In this document: positions 9,501 through 24,644 of the stretch, in pieces
How positions within the stretch are numbered: the stretch's first letter is position 1
Layout: each line of letters opens with the position of its first letter
Assembly: GCA_965199825.1 (NCBI GenBank)
Contig: OZ241329.1
Coordinates: 1,344,001 to 1,408,000 of the forward strand
DNA from: Bdellovibrionales bacterium
Lineage (GTDB): Bacteria > Bdellovibrionota > Bdellovibrionia > Bdellovibrionales > UBA1609
Direction of reading: 5' to 3'
Length of the DNA: 64,000 bases
Notes under the pieces: generated by a model
Databases searched by the model: none
Told to the model about the DNA's origin: nothing
What the model saw: only the letters and a program-made list of their open reading frames with translations
Program-made: the position numbers and the translations under genes

Positions 9501-9680
9501 GCATTGGTGGCAAGCCTCGGGTTTTTTCCGATGGCCTTTAACACCGGGTTAGGTGCCGAAGTGCAAAGACCACTGGCCTCAGTGGTGATCGGTGGCCTTG
9601 TCACTTCGACTTTTTTAACGTTGATCGCGCTGCCCCTCATTTATTTTACTTTGTATAAGTCGACTGACTCAAAAGAGTAA
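6552..9680 (+). CDS. czcA: CusA/CzcA-family heavy-metal efflux RND transporter
   Basis: LPVDAVPDIT, NLMSLGAIDFGLLVDGSVVVIEN, RLRPVLMTALVASLGF, GAEVQRPLA; start MLNKII at 6552. Confidence 0.92.
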   Translation: MLNKIIALAMKQQFFVGIFVCIAIAVGILTLRKLPVDAVPDITNTQVMVIAKTNALDPEKIESQVTYKIEVEMAGIPEIEEIRSITKYGLSQVSVIFKEGVDLAWARQQVLEKMLNLGGQLPDGINAELVPPLTGLGEILFYTLELKSDAKPMIEYEKLKYLRTVQDYHIRPELRKVSGVAEVDTIGGFKRELHINYFPNRLKSYGLSVEKLVEKINNLGENFGGGYIQHDGNQIIVRATTQFKHFDDIEKIPLALNYGGKKIHLGDVADVRVDHALRLGSATQNGNETVLGVVLMRAGSNSERVSAAAYGRLKELSLPDNVELKVHYNRSQLVDATISTVLKNLVEGAVFVIVVLLLLLGNWRASIIVTAAIPVSMLAATTGMYWLGISANLMSLGAIDFGLLVDGSVVVIENILRRFGQIDSHKMTKTQKLELILDATKEVAKPVAMGLFIIMVVYVPILMLEGTEGKMFKPMAKTVLLALGSSLFIALLVMPALSYIIVAKSEHHKDPFIFRIAQKGYQALFPWAFKNRKVILGLAVPPLIFAAIAFSRMGADFIPQLDEGDMVIGFTRDAKLGIDESTKWQKQIETIIRTFPEVENVFSRMGTPESASDPMGVNSSDTFIILKKNKKTWPLIDGHRRQKYELFEAITKEVKEKLPISQAALMTQPIEMRFNEILEGSRADVTLKIYGPDLDQLLKYIEQAQKLIAPIKGVGEVLNDPATALTKTPLLDISLDYPKLAELDLPLSNVQSAMASSMSGHTVGSYFLDHVRVPVRVIIDESLRDKVEHIAKIPVGLAEGGTVPLDLVADLNMKEQVTTIARNDGKRFSALSIFLRDRDVDSFVKEAQQVIKNQLHVESGYELYWGGQFRNLEKARNRLMIVVPLTLLAIFLLILKNFGSLKQAVLVYSAIPFACTGGIFALYFRGINMSVSAAVGFIALSGIVILDSMVMVSFFNDLIKAGKSVRDAVFEGTNLRLRPVLMTALVASLGFFPMAFNTGLGAEVQRPLASVVIGGLVTSTFLTLIALPLIYFTLYKSTDSKE

Positions 9681-10806
9681 CTGCGAGGGCAAGCACACCC
9701 ATGCTTGCCATAAATAAAAAATAAAAATGCATACCCCAATTTTCAAAAAGATAGCCTGCCGCCACATTACTGATGCTCGCTCCAAGTCCGATGGCGGTTG
9801 CAAGAAGTCCTGCCGAAAATGCAAACGACTGATTCGAAATTTTTGAAATCGCCAAGATTGGTGCTACCGCCAAAACCCCTGCAGCCACACCATCAAACAC
9901 TTGGATGAATATGAGTACATTCACGTTCGTCACAAAAGCAAAGCACAGGGCTCGAAGTACGACCGCATGGATTCCGATGATCAAACACCACCGAATCGCA
10001 ATTTTTTGGGCGGCCCAACCTGTCAGCCATGCAAACACAATGGCAACAACCTGCGAGACCACAATTCCGTAAGATAAAAATCGTGCGCCTTCACTTTTTG
10101 AAACAAGCGAAATATTTTGCACCGCAATTGGTAAGAGTGAAGCATTAGCAAATTGGAACAGAAGTGCAGTCACAAGTAATAAAATAATTTTCTTTTCAAA
10201 ATAAATTTGAGGCCGTTGAGTTCGGGGTCTTGATTCGATTCGAGGGATAAACAAAACCGAAAAGGCCGAAATGATCGACATGATTATAACGAGATAAAAT
10301 GCCGACATCACCGAATATTGACCAATCAGATAAGCGACCAAAAGTGCTGCACAAAAATTTCCGGCGTGATTAAAAGTTTCGTTGCGCCCGATACGCATGC
10401 CCAAATCCTTTGGCCCAGCGAGTGCAAGACTCAGAGTCGCAATGCCTGGACCTATAAAAGCGCACGCGATCCCCGTACCGATTTGGAGTCCAATGATTGG
10501 CCAAAACTGATCCGCGATCATAATGCAAAAAGTGAAAAGGGCAATTGCGAGCGAGGGCCCAATTAACCACCAACGTTTATTTTTCGAAGAATCAAAAATA
10601 AAACCCGCCGGGGTCGCACAAAACAGCGAGGCCGTATTTGCTGCAGCAAGTGCCCAGCCAATTTTTGATGGAGTCCACTCGGTCTTTGAAACCAATAGCA
10701 GGGTGAGGTACGGACCTACACCATCACGCATGTCTGCAGCACAGGTATTTAAAACGTCTAAAGCTCGTTCAGAGGACTTTCGCATTAATCTTGTTGTAGT
10801 TTGCAA
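9646..10806 (-). CDS. MFS transporter
   Basis: ~12 TM segments; ADMRDGVGPYL, GRNETFNHAGN, LFQFANA motifs. Confidence 0.85.
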   Translation of the reverse strand: MQTTTRLMRKSSERALDVLNTCAADMRDGVGPYLTLLLVSKTEWTPSKIGWALAAANTASLFCATPAGFIFDSSKNKRWWLIGPSLAIALFTFCIMIADQFWPIIGLQIGTGIACAFIGPGIATLSLALAGPKDLGMRIGRNETFNHAGNFCAALLVAYLIGQYSVMSAFYLVIIMSIISAFSVLFIPRIESRPRTQRPQIYFEKKIILLLVTALLFQFANASLLPIAVQNISLVSKSEGARFLSYGIVVSQVVAIVFAWLTGWAAQKIAIRWCLIIGIHAVVLRALCFAFVTNVNVLIFIQVFDGVAAGVLAVAPILAISKISNQSFAFSAGLLATAIGLGASISNVAAGYLFENWGMHFYFLFMASMGVLALAVTLLSQSTYTK

Positions 10807-10832
10807 ACGTGATCGAAGGTAGGACTATTTGT

Positions 10833-11375
10833 TCAGTTACCCAGAAATTGAAATAGATCAATCGTCGACATTTCTCCCTCTCGGCCATAAAGCAGCAGGC
10901 TGAGATCTTTTTTATTTCGCACTAAAAGAATTTTGTTGTTGCTATTGAATTTCAAAAATTTCTCTAAAAGAAATTTGATTTGTTTGATTTTGGCTTGATG
11001 ACCCAAAGCCTCGCCAAAATCTTTAGAAGCTTGATCCGCAGAGACTTCTGATGTCCATTCGTTTCGGAAATTAGAAAATGCGATATTGTCAGAAAGAAAT
11101 TTTTTTTTAACCCCCTCAATGTCCAGGGGAAGCTTGCTGTTCTGGTGCGCTCCTAATAATGAATACGGAATATGATTTTTTGTGAGACCTGAGTAAAACC
11201 TATCACCGGCCTGAAAAGAGCCTGACTCCATTTCGCCCTCAATCAGAGTCTGAAGTTTATTGCAAAAATCAGCATGACTCCCAAAGACACATCCAAAGGT
11301 AGCCCAACCACGTGGATCCTTCTCGAGTTCAAAAGATTGTGCAGACAAAAGAAGGAAGAAAAATAATTTGGTCAT
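10833..11375 (-). CDS. hypothetical secreted protein
   Basis: 180 aa ORF with N-terminal signal-like sequence. Confidence 0.6.
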   Translation of the reverse strand: MTKLFFFLLLSAQSFELEKDPRGWATFGCVFGSHADFCNKLQTLIEGEMESGSFQAGDRFYSGLTKNHIPYSLLGAHQNSKLPLDIEGVKKKFLSDNIAFSNFRNEWTSEVSADQASKDFGEALGHQAKIKQIKFLLEKFLKFNSNNKILLVRNKKDLSLLLYGREGEMSTIDLFQFLGN

Positions 11376-11527
11376 GAACTTATATTAACAAATCAGAATC
11401 GCTGCGAGTGAGGAGTTTTGTTCATAAACAGAATCGTTGCCAGACCTCAGGCTTAGGAGCCGAGCGTGAATGCTAATTTTTCAAACGGACCCGCAATCAA
11501 GATTTTGCCTATTGATCTGGGTACTTC

Positions 11528-12002
11528 CGCGGGCACGACAAACTCTCGCGGGCACGACAAACTCTCGCGGGCACGACAAAACTCTCGCGGGCACGACAAA
11601 CTCTCGCGGGCACGACAAAACTCTCGCGGGCACGACAAAACTCTCGTGGGCACGACAAAACTCTCGTGGGCACGACAAGCTCTCGCGGGCACGACAAGCT
11701 CTCGTGGGCACGACAAACTCTCGTGGGCACGACAAGCTCTCGCGGGCACGACAAGCTCTCGCGGGCACGACAAACTCTCGCGGGCACGACAAACTCTCGC
11801 GGGCACGACAAACTCTCGCGGGCACGACAAACTCTCGCGGGCACGACAAACTCTCGCGGGCACGACAAACTCTCGCGGGCACGACAAACTCTCGCGGGCA
11901 CGACAAACTCTCGCGGGCACGACAAACTCTCGCGGGCACGACAAACTCTCGCGGGCACGACAAACTCTCGCGGGCACGACAAACTCTCGCGGGCACGACA
12001 AA
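11528..12002 (+). repeat. tandem repeat, 25 copies of a 19-20 bp unit GCGGGCACGACAAACTCTC
   Basis: GGGCACGAC at 11531,11550,11569,11589,11608,11628,11648,11668,11687 and then every 19 bp to 11991; variants (AAAA, AAG, GTGGG) confined to copies 3-12. Confidence 0.97.
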
Positions 12003-12180
12003 CAAAATAAAAGCCCAGATTTATATTCTCACTCACTCACTCAATCAATAACAGGAAGCCCCAATACCAAAACGAACGGAGCTAAAAAATGCTCACCTCT
12101 AGCGCAGCTCAACCACCCGAACGGTCAAAGCTCGAGCGCAAAATTCACCGATCGCAATTGAGCTTGCTCAAACGCCAACT

Positions 12181-12603
12181 TCACGAGGGAAGTGAAGACG
12201 CTAATTTTTCAAATGCACTCGCAATCATGATTTTGTCTGTTTGATCAAAGGCCTCAAGCGCCTCTTTTACCGATTGATTTGAAATGGCGTTAATCTTTTC
12301 GACCACGTGCTCGCCTCGTTTGGTCAGACCTAGTATTTTGGATCTCTTGTCCAAAGGATCGTTAACAATCTGAATCAACTTTTTATTTTTTAAAACGGCG
12401 ATCAATCGGCTCACCGACGATTTTTCAAGATGGAGCAAAGCGACCAAATCATTGGCCTTTAAATTTTCAATACGATCAATATCAATCAGTGCACTACACT
12501 GTGAAAGCGAGAGTCCAACACCATAAGGGTCAGATTTTAGAACTCCGGCTCGACGATTGAACTGTCTTAAGGCATCACGCACGACTTTAATCTGATCTTT
12601 CAT
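12181..12603 (-). CDS. MarR-family transcriptional regulator
   Basis: SLSQCSALI, LEKSSVSRL, D.R...L.LT..G winged-HTH pattern. Confidence 0.9.
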   Translation of the reverse strand: MKDQIKVVRDALRQFNRRAGVLKSDPYGVGLSLSQCSALIDIDRIENLKANDLVALLHLEKSSVSRLIAVLKNKKLIQIVNDPLDKRSKILGLTKRGEHVVEKINAISNQSVKEALEAFDQTDKIMIASAFEKLASSLPS

Positions 12604-12604
12604 A

Positions 12605-12643
12605 AGTTGTAATATACAACTAAATAGATGTATTATACAACTA
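12605..12643. promoter_or_regulatory. two tandem palindromic boxes, (T)AGTTGTA-N3-TACAACT(A); candidate MarR operator
   Basis: 12605-12621 AGTTGTAATATACAACT is perfect; 12625-12643 TAGATGTATTATACAACTA has 1 mismatch; together they fill the 44-bp divergent marR/anmK gap. Confidence 0.7.
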
Positions 12644-12647
12644 AGAA

Positions 12648-17159
<4,512 letters not shown>

Positions 17160-17177
<18 letters not shown>

Positions 17178-19232
17178 TTTTGCAAATCGGTAAACAGTCT
17201 CAACCAAATCGCGCTGCACGATGGGTTTTGGCAAGTGATCGTTGCATCCCACATCTTGACATTTTTTTCGTACATCCGACATCGCATGTGCGGTGAGTGC
17301 AATAATTGGGGTCTTAAATCCGCGTGAACGCAATTTGCCGGTGGCAGTGTAGCCATCCATCAAGGGCATTTGAAGATCCATCAAAACCACATCATGTTCA
17401 TGCGAAAGAGCTTTGGATATTCCCTCGATTCCGTTGTCTGCAATCTCGATCACCGCGCCGTATTTTGTAAGATAGCGCCAAATCAATTGCTGATTGTCGG
17501 GCGAATCCTCAACCAGTAAAACACGTATCCCCGCTAATGCATCAATCGCAATGTCTGGATCTTTTGATTTCGATTTAGAAATCGAGTCGGTTTCGGACTT
17601 CGCCAAAAGATCATCCCGACTCTGTACCGAAAATCGAAAGGTACTCCCATTGTTTTTAGAACTCTCCACAAGAATCACATCTCCACCTAGCGAGCGGGCG
17701 AGTGAGCGCGACAAGGCTAAGCCCAGTCCCGTGCCGCCGTACTTTCGAGTCATCGAATTGTCGGCCTGCACAAACATTTTAAATAATTTTTGGGCGGCGT
17801 GCTCTGGTATTCCGGTTCCGGTGTCTCGTACATCAAATGAAAAATTCTTGTTTCCCTCTGCATCCAAACGGCTTGAGAGTTCGATGTGGATAGATCCGAC
17901 CTTGGTAAATTTCAAAGCATTGCCCACAAGGTTCATCAGCACTTGGCGCATGCGGGTCGGATCAGAAACAATTTCGTCATCCCCAGGGTTTGAAAATGTC
18001 AGAGTGAGTCCTTTTTCTTTTGCAAGCACAGACATCAGTGAGACAACTTCATTGACAATTTGCACCGGGCGCACTTTTAAATATTCAAAATTGATATGAC
18101 CGGTTTCGACTTTTGAAAGATCCAAAATATCATTGATGATGCGACTGAGTTGTTCACCATTGCGATGAAGAATATCAATGTAGTTGGCTCGCTCAGCAAC
18201 CGTTGCGCCGGGCTCACCAAGTAAATTTGCAAACCCCATCATCGCTCCAAGAGGTGTGCGAATCTCGTGCGACATATTTGCTAAGAAGGCTGATTTTAAA
18301 TTGTTCGCGCGCTCGGCTTCATCACGAGCCGCTTCGGCCTCGCGCTTTGCTTTTTGCAAGGATTTGGTCGCGACCACGCGCTCAGTGATGTCGCCAATTA
18401 ATCCAGAAAAACTTTTGGCTTCACCTTGATCATTCACTGCCACAGCACCTCGAGAATTCATCCAGCGAGTGGAGCCATCAGATAAAACAATCCGGTACTC
18501 ATCGTAGTAAAGAGTTTTGTCTTTGACCGCTTGTTGCCAAATTTTGTTTGCCGATTCACGGTCGTCAGGGTGCAAGACTTTTTCAATTGCACTAAAAACA
18601 TTTTCGTTCAAATCGTTGATGCCTAAGATTGCTGCGGCCCCATGTGAACTTGAGACAACCATTGTTTCAAGATCGATATGCCAAGATCCCATCTGCGCCG
18701 AATCAAGTGCAAAAACCAATTGTCGTTGGCTTTCGTGAAGCTCGGTGAGCAATCTTTCTTTTGCCGCGGTGGCTAATTTTTTTTCGGTGATTTCAAAAGC
18801 GGTGTTGTGGATCCCTTGAACTTTTCCAGTGGCGTCTAAGATTGGACTTAACGAATAATCGAAATAGGCTTCTTTAGGTTTATCGAATCGGTCCATCAAA
18901 AGCATTTGATCGTTTAACGCGATGCCGACTTTAGTCTTCATCACTGATTCGAACTGTTGTGCAATGGCTGGCCAAATTTCTTTCCAGACTTCGGTACCCG
19001 GTTGACCAAAGCCTTGAGGATGCTTGCGGCCCGCAATGGGAGCGTAGCTGTCGTTATAAAATAAATAAAATTCTGGTCCCCAATAAATTGCGGTGGGAAT
19101 TTTTGAGGCAAAGCACGACATCAATGAGGATTTTAAAAGATCTGGCCAGGATGCAAGAGGACCGAGAGGTGTGCTTGCCCAATCTTTACTGAGTAAAAGT
19201 TCTGATGCTTCGGAGTGATTCGGAAACTTCAT
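17160..19232 (-). CDS. PAS-domain hybrid sensor histidine kinase/response regulator
   Basis: DWASTPLGP N-terminal PAS-like region, [29 protein letters not shown] (MDLQMP). Confidence 0.93.
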
Positions 19233-19290
19233 GCTTACGCACAATACGGCAAATCTCAAAGACTCACCAGTTCGAAATTTATTAGAATGT

Positions 19291-21702
19291 CTAGCTTACT
19301 TTTTTCTGTTGGCTTTCAATAACCGAGATCCACTTGCGTAAAATGTCATCGAGCTTTTTGAGTGAGACAGGTTTTGAAATATGATCGTTCATACCTGCGG
19401 CTAAACAGCGCTCGCGATCACCTTTCATTGCATTAGCAGTCATTGCGATGATCGGAATTTTATTATTCAACAAAATATTTCCACGCCGAATTTGACCAGT
19501 GGCCTCATAGCCATCCATCTCGGGCATCTGGCAATCCATCAAGATCAAATCGTAGGGACGATTTTGAAGTGCATCGAGTGCTTCCTTACCATTTGCGACA
19601 ACGTCGGCACGAAGCCCAAGCTTTCCAAGCATCTTCACCGCAATGACTTGATTCACTTGGTTATCTTCAGCCACCAAAATACGCCAAGGTTTGTTGATCA
19701 ATGGAGTTAAGGTTGCGGGTTCAGAAGAAATATCCTGATGAGCTTCTTTTACAACCGGCAAAAGATGAATACTAAACCAAAAGCGAGAGCCCGATCCAAT
19801 GGTGCTCTCGACTCCAATGCGGCCAGACATCTGCTCGACCAAACCTTTGCAAATTGAAAGGCCCAAACCTGTGCCGCCATAACGGCGAGTGGTTGAGGCA
19901 TCGGCTTGGCTAAATTCGGTAAATAAGTGATTGATAACTTCTTGAGAAATTCCGATTCCAGAATCTTTGATCTCAAAATAAAGTTCGATATCTGATTCGG
20001 TCTGCTTTAAACAAGATAAGTTGACTTCAACTGTGCCATGCTCGGTAAACTTAATTGCATTACTAATCAGATTATTTAAAATCTGTCGCAAGCGGCCGGG
20101 GTCGCCTTTGACATAAGTTGGAAATCCCGGAGCAATATTGATCTCGAGTTTTAAATCTTTGTTGCGAACCGAAAAGGAAAACGAAGTCTTAATATCTTGA
20201 ATGGTGCTGATCAAATCAAAATCAACTTGTTCAAATTGCAGTCGTCCCGCTTCAATTTTCGAAAAATCAAGAACATCATTAATAAGATAAAGCAGCGATT
20301 CGCCCGAATATTTAATTGCATCGGCAAATTCCTTTTGCTCATTTTTAAGTGGAGTGTCGAGCAGTAACCCAGTCATACCCAAAATTCCATTCAGTGGAGT
20401 ACGAAACTCATGGCTCATGTTTGCAAGAAACATCGATTTTGCTTTCGTTGCTTCTTCTGCCTGATCGCGCGAAACGGTCAATTCCGATTGGGCTTTTTCA
20501 AGCGCCGCAATAGCCAAAGACTTTTGATTGAACTCCATCGCCTGGCCAAGTGCTGAAATGAGAGTTCCCGTGATGAGTTCTAAAGATTTAAAAGTTTGAT
20601 CATTAAAGTGATTGGGCTGATGAGAATAAGTTTTTAATACTCCGATGGTTTTTTTACCATCTCTCAACGGCACCGCAATCATCGATCGCAAATTGGCCGT
20701 ACGACAAGCCTCGCGATTGACCCTTAAGTCTGTGTCTGAATCATCGCATCTCAAACTTTTATTTTGATCAAGAGTCGAGCCCGAAAAACTGCCCTCGCGC
20801 TTCATGCGCATGTTTAAAAGTGGAATTGCTGAGCCTGCGACATATGCATAAACAAGTTCTTCACCTTCAACAATTTCGATCACGCCACCATCGGCCTGTG
20901 TCAGCTCCATAGAACGCTGGACCACAAAGTCCATCATCTTTTCGGGAGTCAACTCAGCTGTAACAATGCTTTTTTGAATTTCGATGATTTTTGTTAAAAG
21001 AGTTTTTTGTTCGTTCAAAGAATCATTGGTTTGATGAAGTGACTTTTGCGCCCGCATCCGCTGACTTTGGTTTTTCTTAAGTAATAATAGGAAAAACCCT
21101 ACTAGCAAAACCGCAACCGAACTACCAAAAAAGATAGTCAATGTGCTGCTGTGAAGAATAATCTCCATCTGTTGGTTCTGCTGAGCTACTTTTTCCCATT
21201 GAACCCGATTCATCTGTTCAATGATCGAGCGCACTTCGACCATCAAATTGTGGCCTGCATTTGTGGTCACAACCGCAAGAGCCGCTTTAAAACCTTTTTG
21301 ATTTCGAAGTTCGATAGTGTGAGTGAGCTCTAACAGTTTTTTTGCAACTAAGTCTTGAACCCGATCAAGATTTTGTATTTGGTCGGGCTGTGATTTGAGC
21401 ATCCCACGCAAGTTTTCAATTTGCTGAGGAATCATTTTTACAGCTAAAGTATACGGAGTTAAATATTCCTCCTGACCCGTCAGCAAATATCCACGTTGAC
21501 CTGTTTCAGCATCAACAACATTCGAAATCAACTGATTGAGTTGGAGAACAATCTGGTGCAGCTCAACATTTCGTGCGCCAATAGTTCCAACATTTTGCAC
21601 ACTTTGACGCAAAAAAATGCCGATCAGAATCAATCCGCCGATTGCCAAAGCAAAGCCGATATTGAGACGATTTTCGATGCGATTTTCTGTGCGTTGGTCC
21701 AT
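19291..21702 (-). CDS. CHASE3-GAF hybrid histidine kinase/response regulator
   Basis: [15 protein letters not shown] (CHASE3), [18 protein letters not shown], HATPase, REC. Confidence 0.93.
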   Translation of the reverse strand: MDQRTENRIENRLNIGFALAIGGLILIGIFLRQSVQNVGTIGARNVELHQIVLQLNQLISNVVDAETGQRGYLLTGQEEYLTPYTLAVKMIPQQIENLRGMLKSQPDQIQNLDRVQDLVAKKLLELTHTIELRNQKGFKAALAVVTTNAGHNLMVEVRSIIEQMNRVQWEKVAQQNQQMEIILHSSTLTIFFGSSVAVLLVGFFLLLLKKNQSQRMRAQKSLHQTNDSLNEQKTLLTKIIEIQKSIVTAELTPEKMMDFVVQRSMELTQADGGVIEIVEGEELVYAYVAGSAIPLLNMRMKREGSFSGSTLDQNKSLRCDDSDTDLRVNREACRTANLRSMIAVPLRDGKKTIGVLKTYSHQPNHFNDQTFKSLELITGTLISALGQAMEFNQKSLAIAALEKAQSELTVSRDQAEEATKAKSMFLANMSHEFRTPLNGILGMTGLLLDTPLKNEQKEFADAIKYSGESLLYLINDVLDFSKIEAGRLQFEQVDFDLISTIQDIKTSFSFSVRNKDLKLEINIAPGFPTYVKGDPGRLRQILNNLISNAIKFTEHGTVEVNLSCLKQTESDIELYFEIKDSGIGISQEVINHLFTEFSQADASTTRRYGGTGLGLSICKGLVEQMSGRIGVESTIGSGSRFWFSIHLLPVVKEAHQDISSEPATLTPLINKPWRILVAEDNQVNQVIAVKMLGKLGLRADVVANGKEALDALQNRPYDLILMDCQMPEMDGYEATGQIRRGNILLNNKIPIIAMTANAMKGDRERCLAAGMNDHISKPVSLKKLDDILRKWISVIESQQKKVS

Positions 21703-21797
21703 CGATGACTTATCGGAAGATTGAACCAAACAATTGCTGTTATATAGACTAGTTTTTGTGCAGAGCAATACTGGCGATGCGTCTCGACCTGAGAAAA

Positions 21798-22916
21798 TTA
21801 AGCCTTTATCAAAACCAGACGGGTGATTTCAGATCGCGTTCCAATACGAAATGGTGGTCCCCAAAAACCCGTACCAGTGTTGGTATAAACCCACATCGAT
21901 CCGCATTTCTTTAGGCCCTTTGTAAAGGGTTGAAACAGTCGAATGACCAAAGTCCATGGAAAAAATTGGCCACCATGAGTATGTCCTGAAAGTTGTAAGT
22001 CAAAAATTTCACACACACTGGGCGCAATATCGGGTTGATGCGCCAATAAAACTTTTCGTAAATTGAGAGGTGCATTTAACATCGCCTTTTGCAGATCGGG
22101 CGCATTTAGAGCATCAAAATTTTTTGCCGCAGGATCTGTCACTCCAACAAATAAAATTTTGTTTACACCCTTAGTAACCACAAAATGAGCGTTGAGTAAA
22201 ATTGTGGCGCCTAATTTTTTAAACTCGTTGGTCCACTGGTGTGAATCTTTATAGTACTCGTGATTACCGGTAATATAGAGCGTCGGGCAATGGCTTGAAA
22301 GTTTCGACAGCGACTCGACACGATCTTTAAAACGATCAAATTTTCCATCAGCGATATCTCCGGTTAACACAATAATATCGGTTTTGAGGCTCATCACCTT
22401 TTCGACCACTCGATCGACAAATTGTTTTCCTATACCAGGCCCCGCATGCAGATCACTCACCTGAACAATGGTATAGTTCTCTAAATCGGGCTCAAGGCCA
22501 ACGATTGGAACTTGGACCTCAACCAGTGCAGGACCGCGATTCACATTCCAAAATCCGTAGATCAAAAGCAACGTTGATAAAGAGGCCATCATTAGGGTGA
22601 CAGTGCCCGAAAATGCAAACCCGTATTCATTGGGATAAACCAAGTTGAGAGGAACAAAAATCAAATCACGCACAAGAATTTGGGGCAGCATCAAACTAAA
22701 AAGGCCCATGTTGATAAACACCGCGCTGTGGATCCACTTTTCGATTGAGGGACTGAGGGCGTGGTCACGATTCCAGCGAAATAAAAACATCAAAAACAAA
22801 CTCACGGTTGCGATTCCCCATGAGTAATTTCCAATGCCAGTCAGCCGAAATCCAAAGAAAACAAAAAAGCTTGTAAGGATCGTTAGTAGAATGACGACGA
22901 CACGATTCACGCTCAA
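21798..22916 (-). CDS. membrane-anchored metallophosphoesterase (YkuE-like)
   Basis: [29 protein letters not shown]. Confidence 0.92.
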   Translation of the reverse strand: MSVNRVVVILLTILTSFFVFFGFRLTGIGNYSWGIATVSLFLMFLFRWNRDHALSPSIEKWIHSAVFINMGLFSLMLPQILVRDLIFVPLNLVYPNEYGFAFSGTVTLMMASLSTLLLIYGFWNVNRGPALVEVQVPIVGLEPDLENYTIVQVSDLHAGPGIGKQFVDRVVEKVMSLKTDIIVLTGDIADGKFDRFKDRVESLSKLSSHCPTLYITGNHEYYKDSHQWTNEFKKLGATILLNAHFVVTKGVNKILFVGVTDPAAKNFDALNAPDLQKAMLNAPLNLRKVLLAHQPDIAPSVCEIFDLQLSGHTHGGQFFPWTLVIRLFQPFTKGLKKCGSMWVYTNTGTGFWGPPFRIGTRSEITRLVLIKA

Positions 22917-23041
22917 CCTCGATGTAGATTCTATGATAGGTTCGCATTCCCACGAGTCAAACTTTTAAGCGTGCCTAGCCCGCCTTGATGAGTGGCATCC
23001 AATGTGCTTTGCAAAACTTAAAAAAAACTTAAAAGGCTTAT

Positions 23042-23620
23042 GTGAAATCATTTTTGATAGGATTTATAGTTGTTGGTGCACTTACAGGACTCTACACTCA
23101 CGCCGATACGGGCCCAATGTGCGGGTTGTTATTAAAGATTCCCAAAAAGTTTCGACCCGCATTTAAAAATTACACCGACTCGCGTTTTTTACAAATGCCT
23201 GAAAAAATGATGATCGGTTTTGAATTCAATCCCGATGGCACAGTCACTCATAAAGTGGTGGTCGACACGGTTGGCGACGCCTTGAAAATTTCTGCCGACA
23301 TTATCTTTGATTCCGAGAACAAAAGTATAATGATCCAAAAAATTTCAATTCCCGACCGGATGAGCTCAGTCTTTGGAATCAAACTTTTGTTTGCCCTTTA
23401 TCTTGAGCGTTACCCAAAAATTAAAAATATTCAGATGGTGATGTCATCCATTTCTCTCTCAATTTTGAAAGAAGAATTGGCGAAAGGCGAGTCGATGGAA
23501 AGCGCCTTCGTTCAAACGCCAATTTTTGAAGCGCTCGACTCATTGGGTTTTACAAAGATTAGGGTCCTGGATTTTCCAAATCCGGCACAGGCTGAATTTC
23601 GGGCCTCGATCAGTAAATAG
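23042..23620 (+). CDS. hypothetical secreted protein
   Basis: 192 aa; signal peptide followed by MCGLLLK. Confidence 0.65.
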   Translation: MKSFLIGFIVVGALTGLYTHADTGPMCGLLLKIPKKFRPAFKNYTDSRFLQMPEKMMIGFEFNPDGTVTHKVVVDTVGDALKISADIIFDSENKSIMIQKISIPDRMSSVFGIKLLFALYLERYPKIKNIQMVMSSISLSILKEELAKGESMESAFVQTPIFEALDSLGFTKIRVLDFPNPAQAEFRASISK

Positions 23621-23693
23621 AAAAATTAGCGACCCGACGCAGTCTTTTGAGGGGCCGCCAAAGCCGGCCACACTCCTAGCAGCAAAAAATAAA

Positions 23694-24644
23694 TCATTTT
23701 GCCTTTGACGACATCTCTCCTGAACGTTTGCCAAAAGAAATTGCATAAGCGGGCGAACGAAATTTCAGCACCGGATCGTCAGAAGCTTCGATTCCTGCGG
23801 CCAAGCGGTTCGGATCAAAGTTGACCTTGACGCATTTGCCATCCTCGCTGGCCGATGTCAGGGCCAATGTCCCGAGTTCCACTTTTTTTCTTGCGTCCGG
23901 CCACATCTCGCTCGGATCGACTAAGCTGTCGCCATTTTCGGCGAGTACTGCTTCAAGCTTCCAAGTGGGTTTTGATTTTGCGCGCTCAATGATTTCGGTT
24001 TTGAGATAGTTCTTATCTTTTGTTTTGAGCTCAGCCTCAGAAAAATATTTCTCACCCGCATCGGCTAAAAAATTCCAGCGCACAAATTGGCTCTTTCCGG
24101 CCCCATTGGTAAATTTAAATGCGTGAAGGCTATGATAATTTTCGGTGGCATAACTTTGAGGAGCCGGATGACCACCCACAAATTCAAAAAACTTTGCCGA
24201 GCGAGGATATTTTTTTTTAAAAGCCCCGATGTCCTCTGGAGTCTTCAGTTGCATCAGTTCGTGAAAGCCGTTGGGTGTGGCAACCGGAAAGACCGGAGCG
24301 TTAATCATCGACATGTTCATGATTTCACCTTTAGGTCCGGTAAATTCAAGCGCCATTCCTCGTGGCATCAGGGCGCGATCGTTGGAGTCAGGATCACTTC
24401 CTGGATTTGAAAATCGACCAATTACTGGCACTGTTTTTTGGCTAAATAAAAATGATTTTGATAAATCCTTGGCTGTGGGGCTCGCGGTAAAGGTGGCTTC
24501 AAAGCAAACCCCTTTGGCATGATTACGACGATAGCCGGGGTGCTTGCCCGTTTTTTCCATCACGTCCACCACTTGCGAAGGTGTGACCGTTTCGGCCTGT
24601 ACTGTCTTTGTTAAAAAAATTGTGAGCGCAAATAATAAAATCAT
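23694..24644 (-). CDS. secreted catalase-related peroxidase (SrpA-like)
   Basis: HPGYRRNHAKGVC, VIGRFS, RGMAL, FDP...GIEASDDPVLKFRSPAYAISF; signal peptide from MILLFAL. Confidence 0.9.
   Translation of the reverse strand: MILLFALTIFLTKTVQAETVTPSQVVDVMEKTGKHPGYRRNHAKGVCFEATFTASPTAKDLSKSFLFSQKTVPVIGRFSNPGSDPDSNDRALMPRGMALEFTGPKGEIMNMSMINAPVFPVATPNGFHELMQLKTPEDIGAFKKKYPRSAKFFEFVGGHPAPQSYATENYHSLHAFKFTNGAGKSQFVRWNFLADAGEKYFSEAELKTKDKNYLKTEIIERAKSKPTWKLEAVLAENGDSLVDPSEMWPDARKKVELGTLALTSASEDGKCVKVNFDPNRLAAGIEASDDPVLKFRSPAYAISFGKRSGEMSSKAK

Noticed and set aside
11528..12002. CRISPR array
   Set aside because: No unique spacers; it is a pure tandem repeat.
11453..12161. Six overlapping repetitive ORFs (e.g. 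SCPREFVVPARVCRARE, GTTNSRGHDKLSRARQ)
   Set aside because: Artefacts of a stop-free 19-bp unit that is open in all frames; the unit is not a multiple of 3 and indels among copies shift frame freely.
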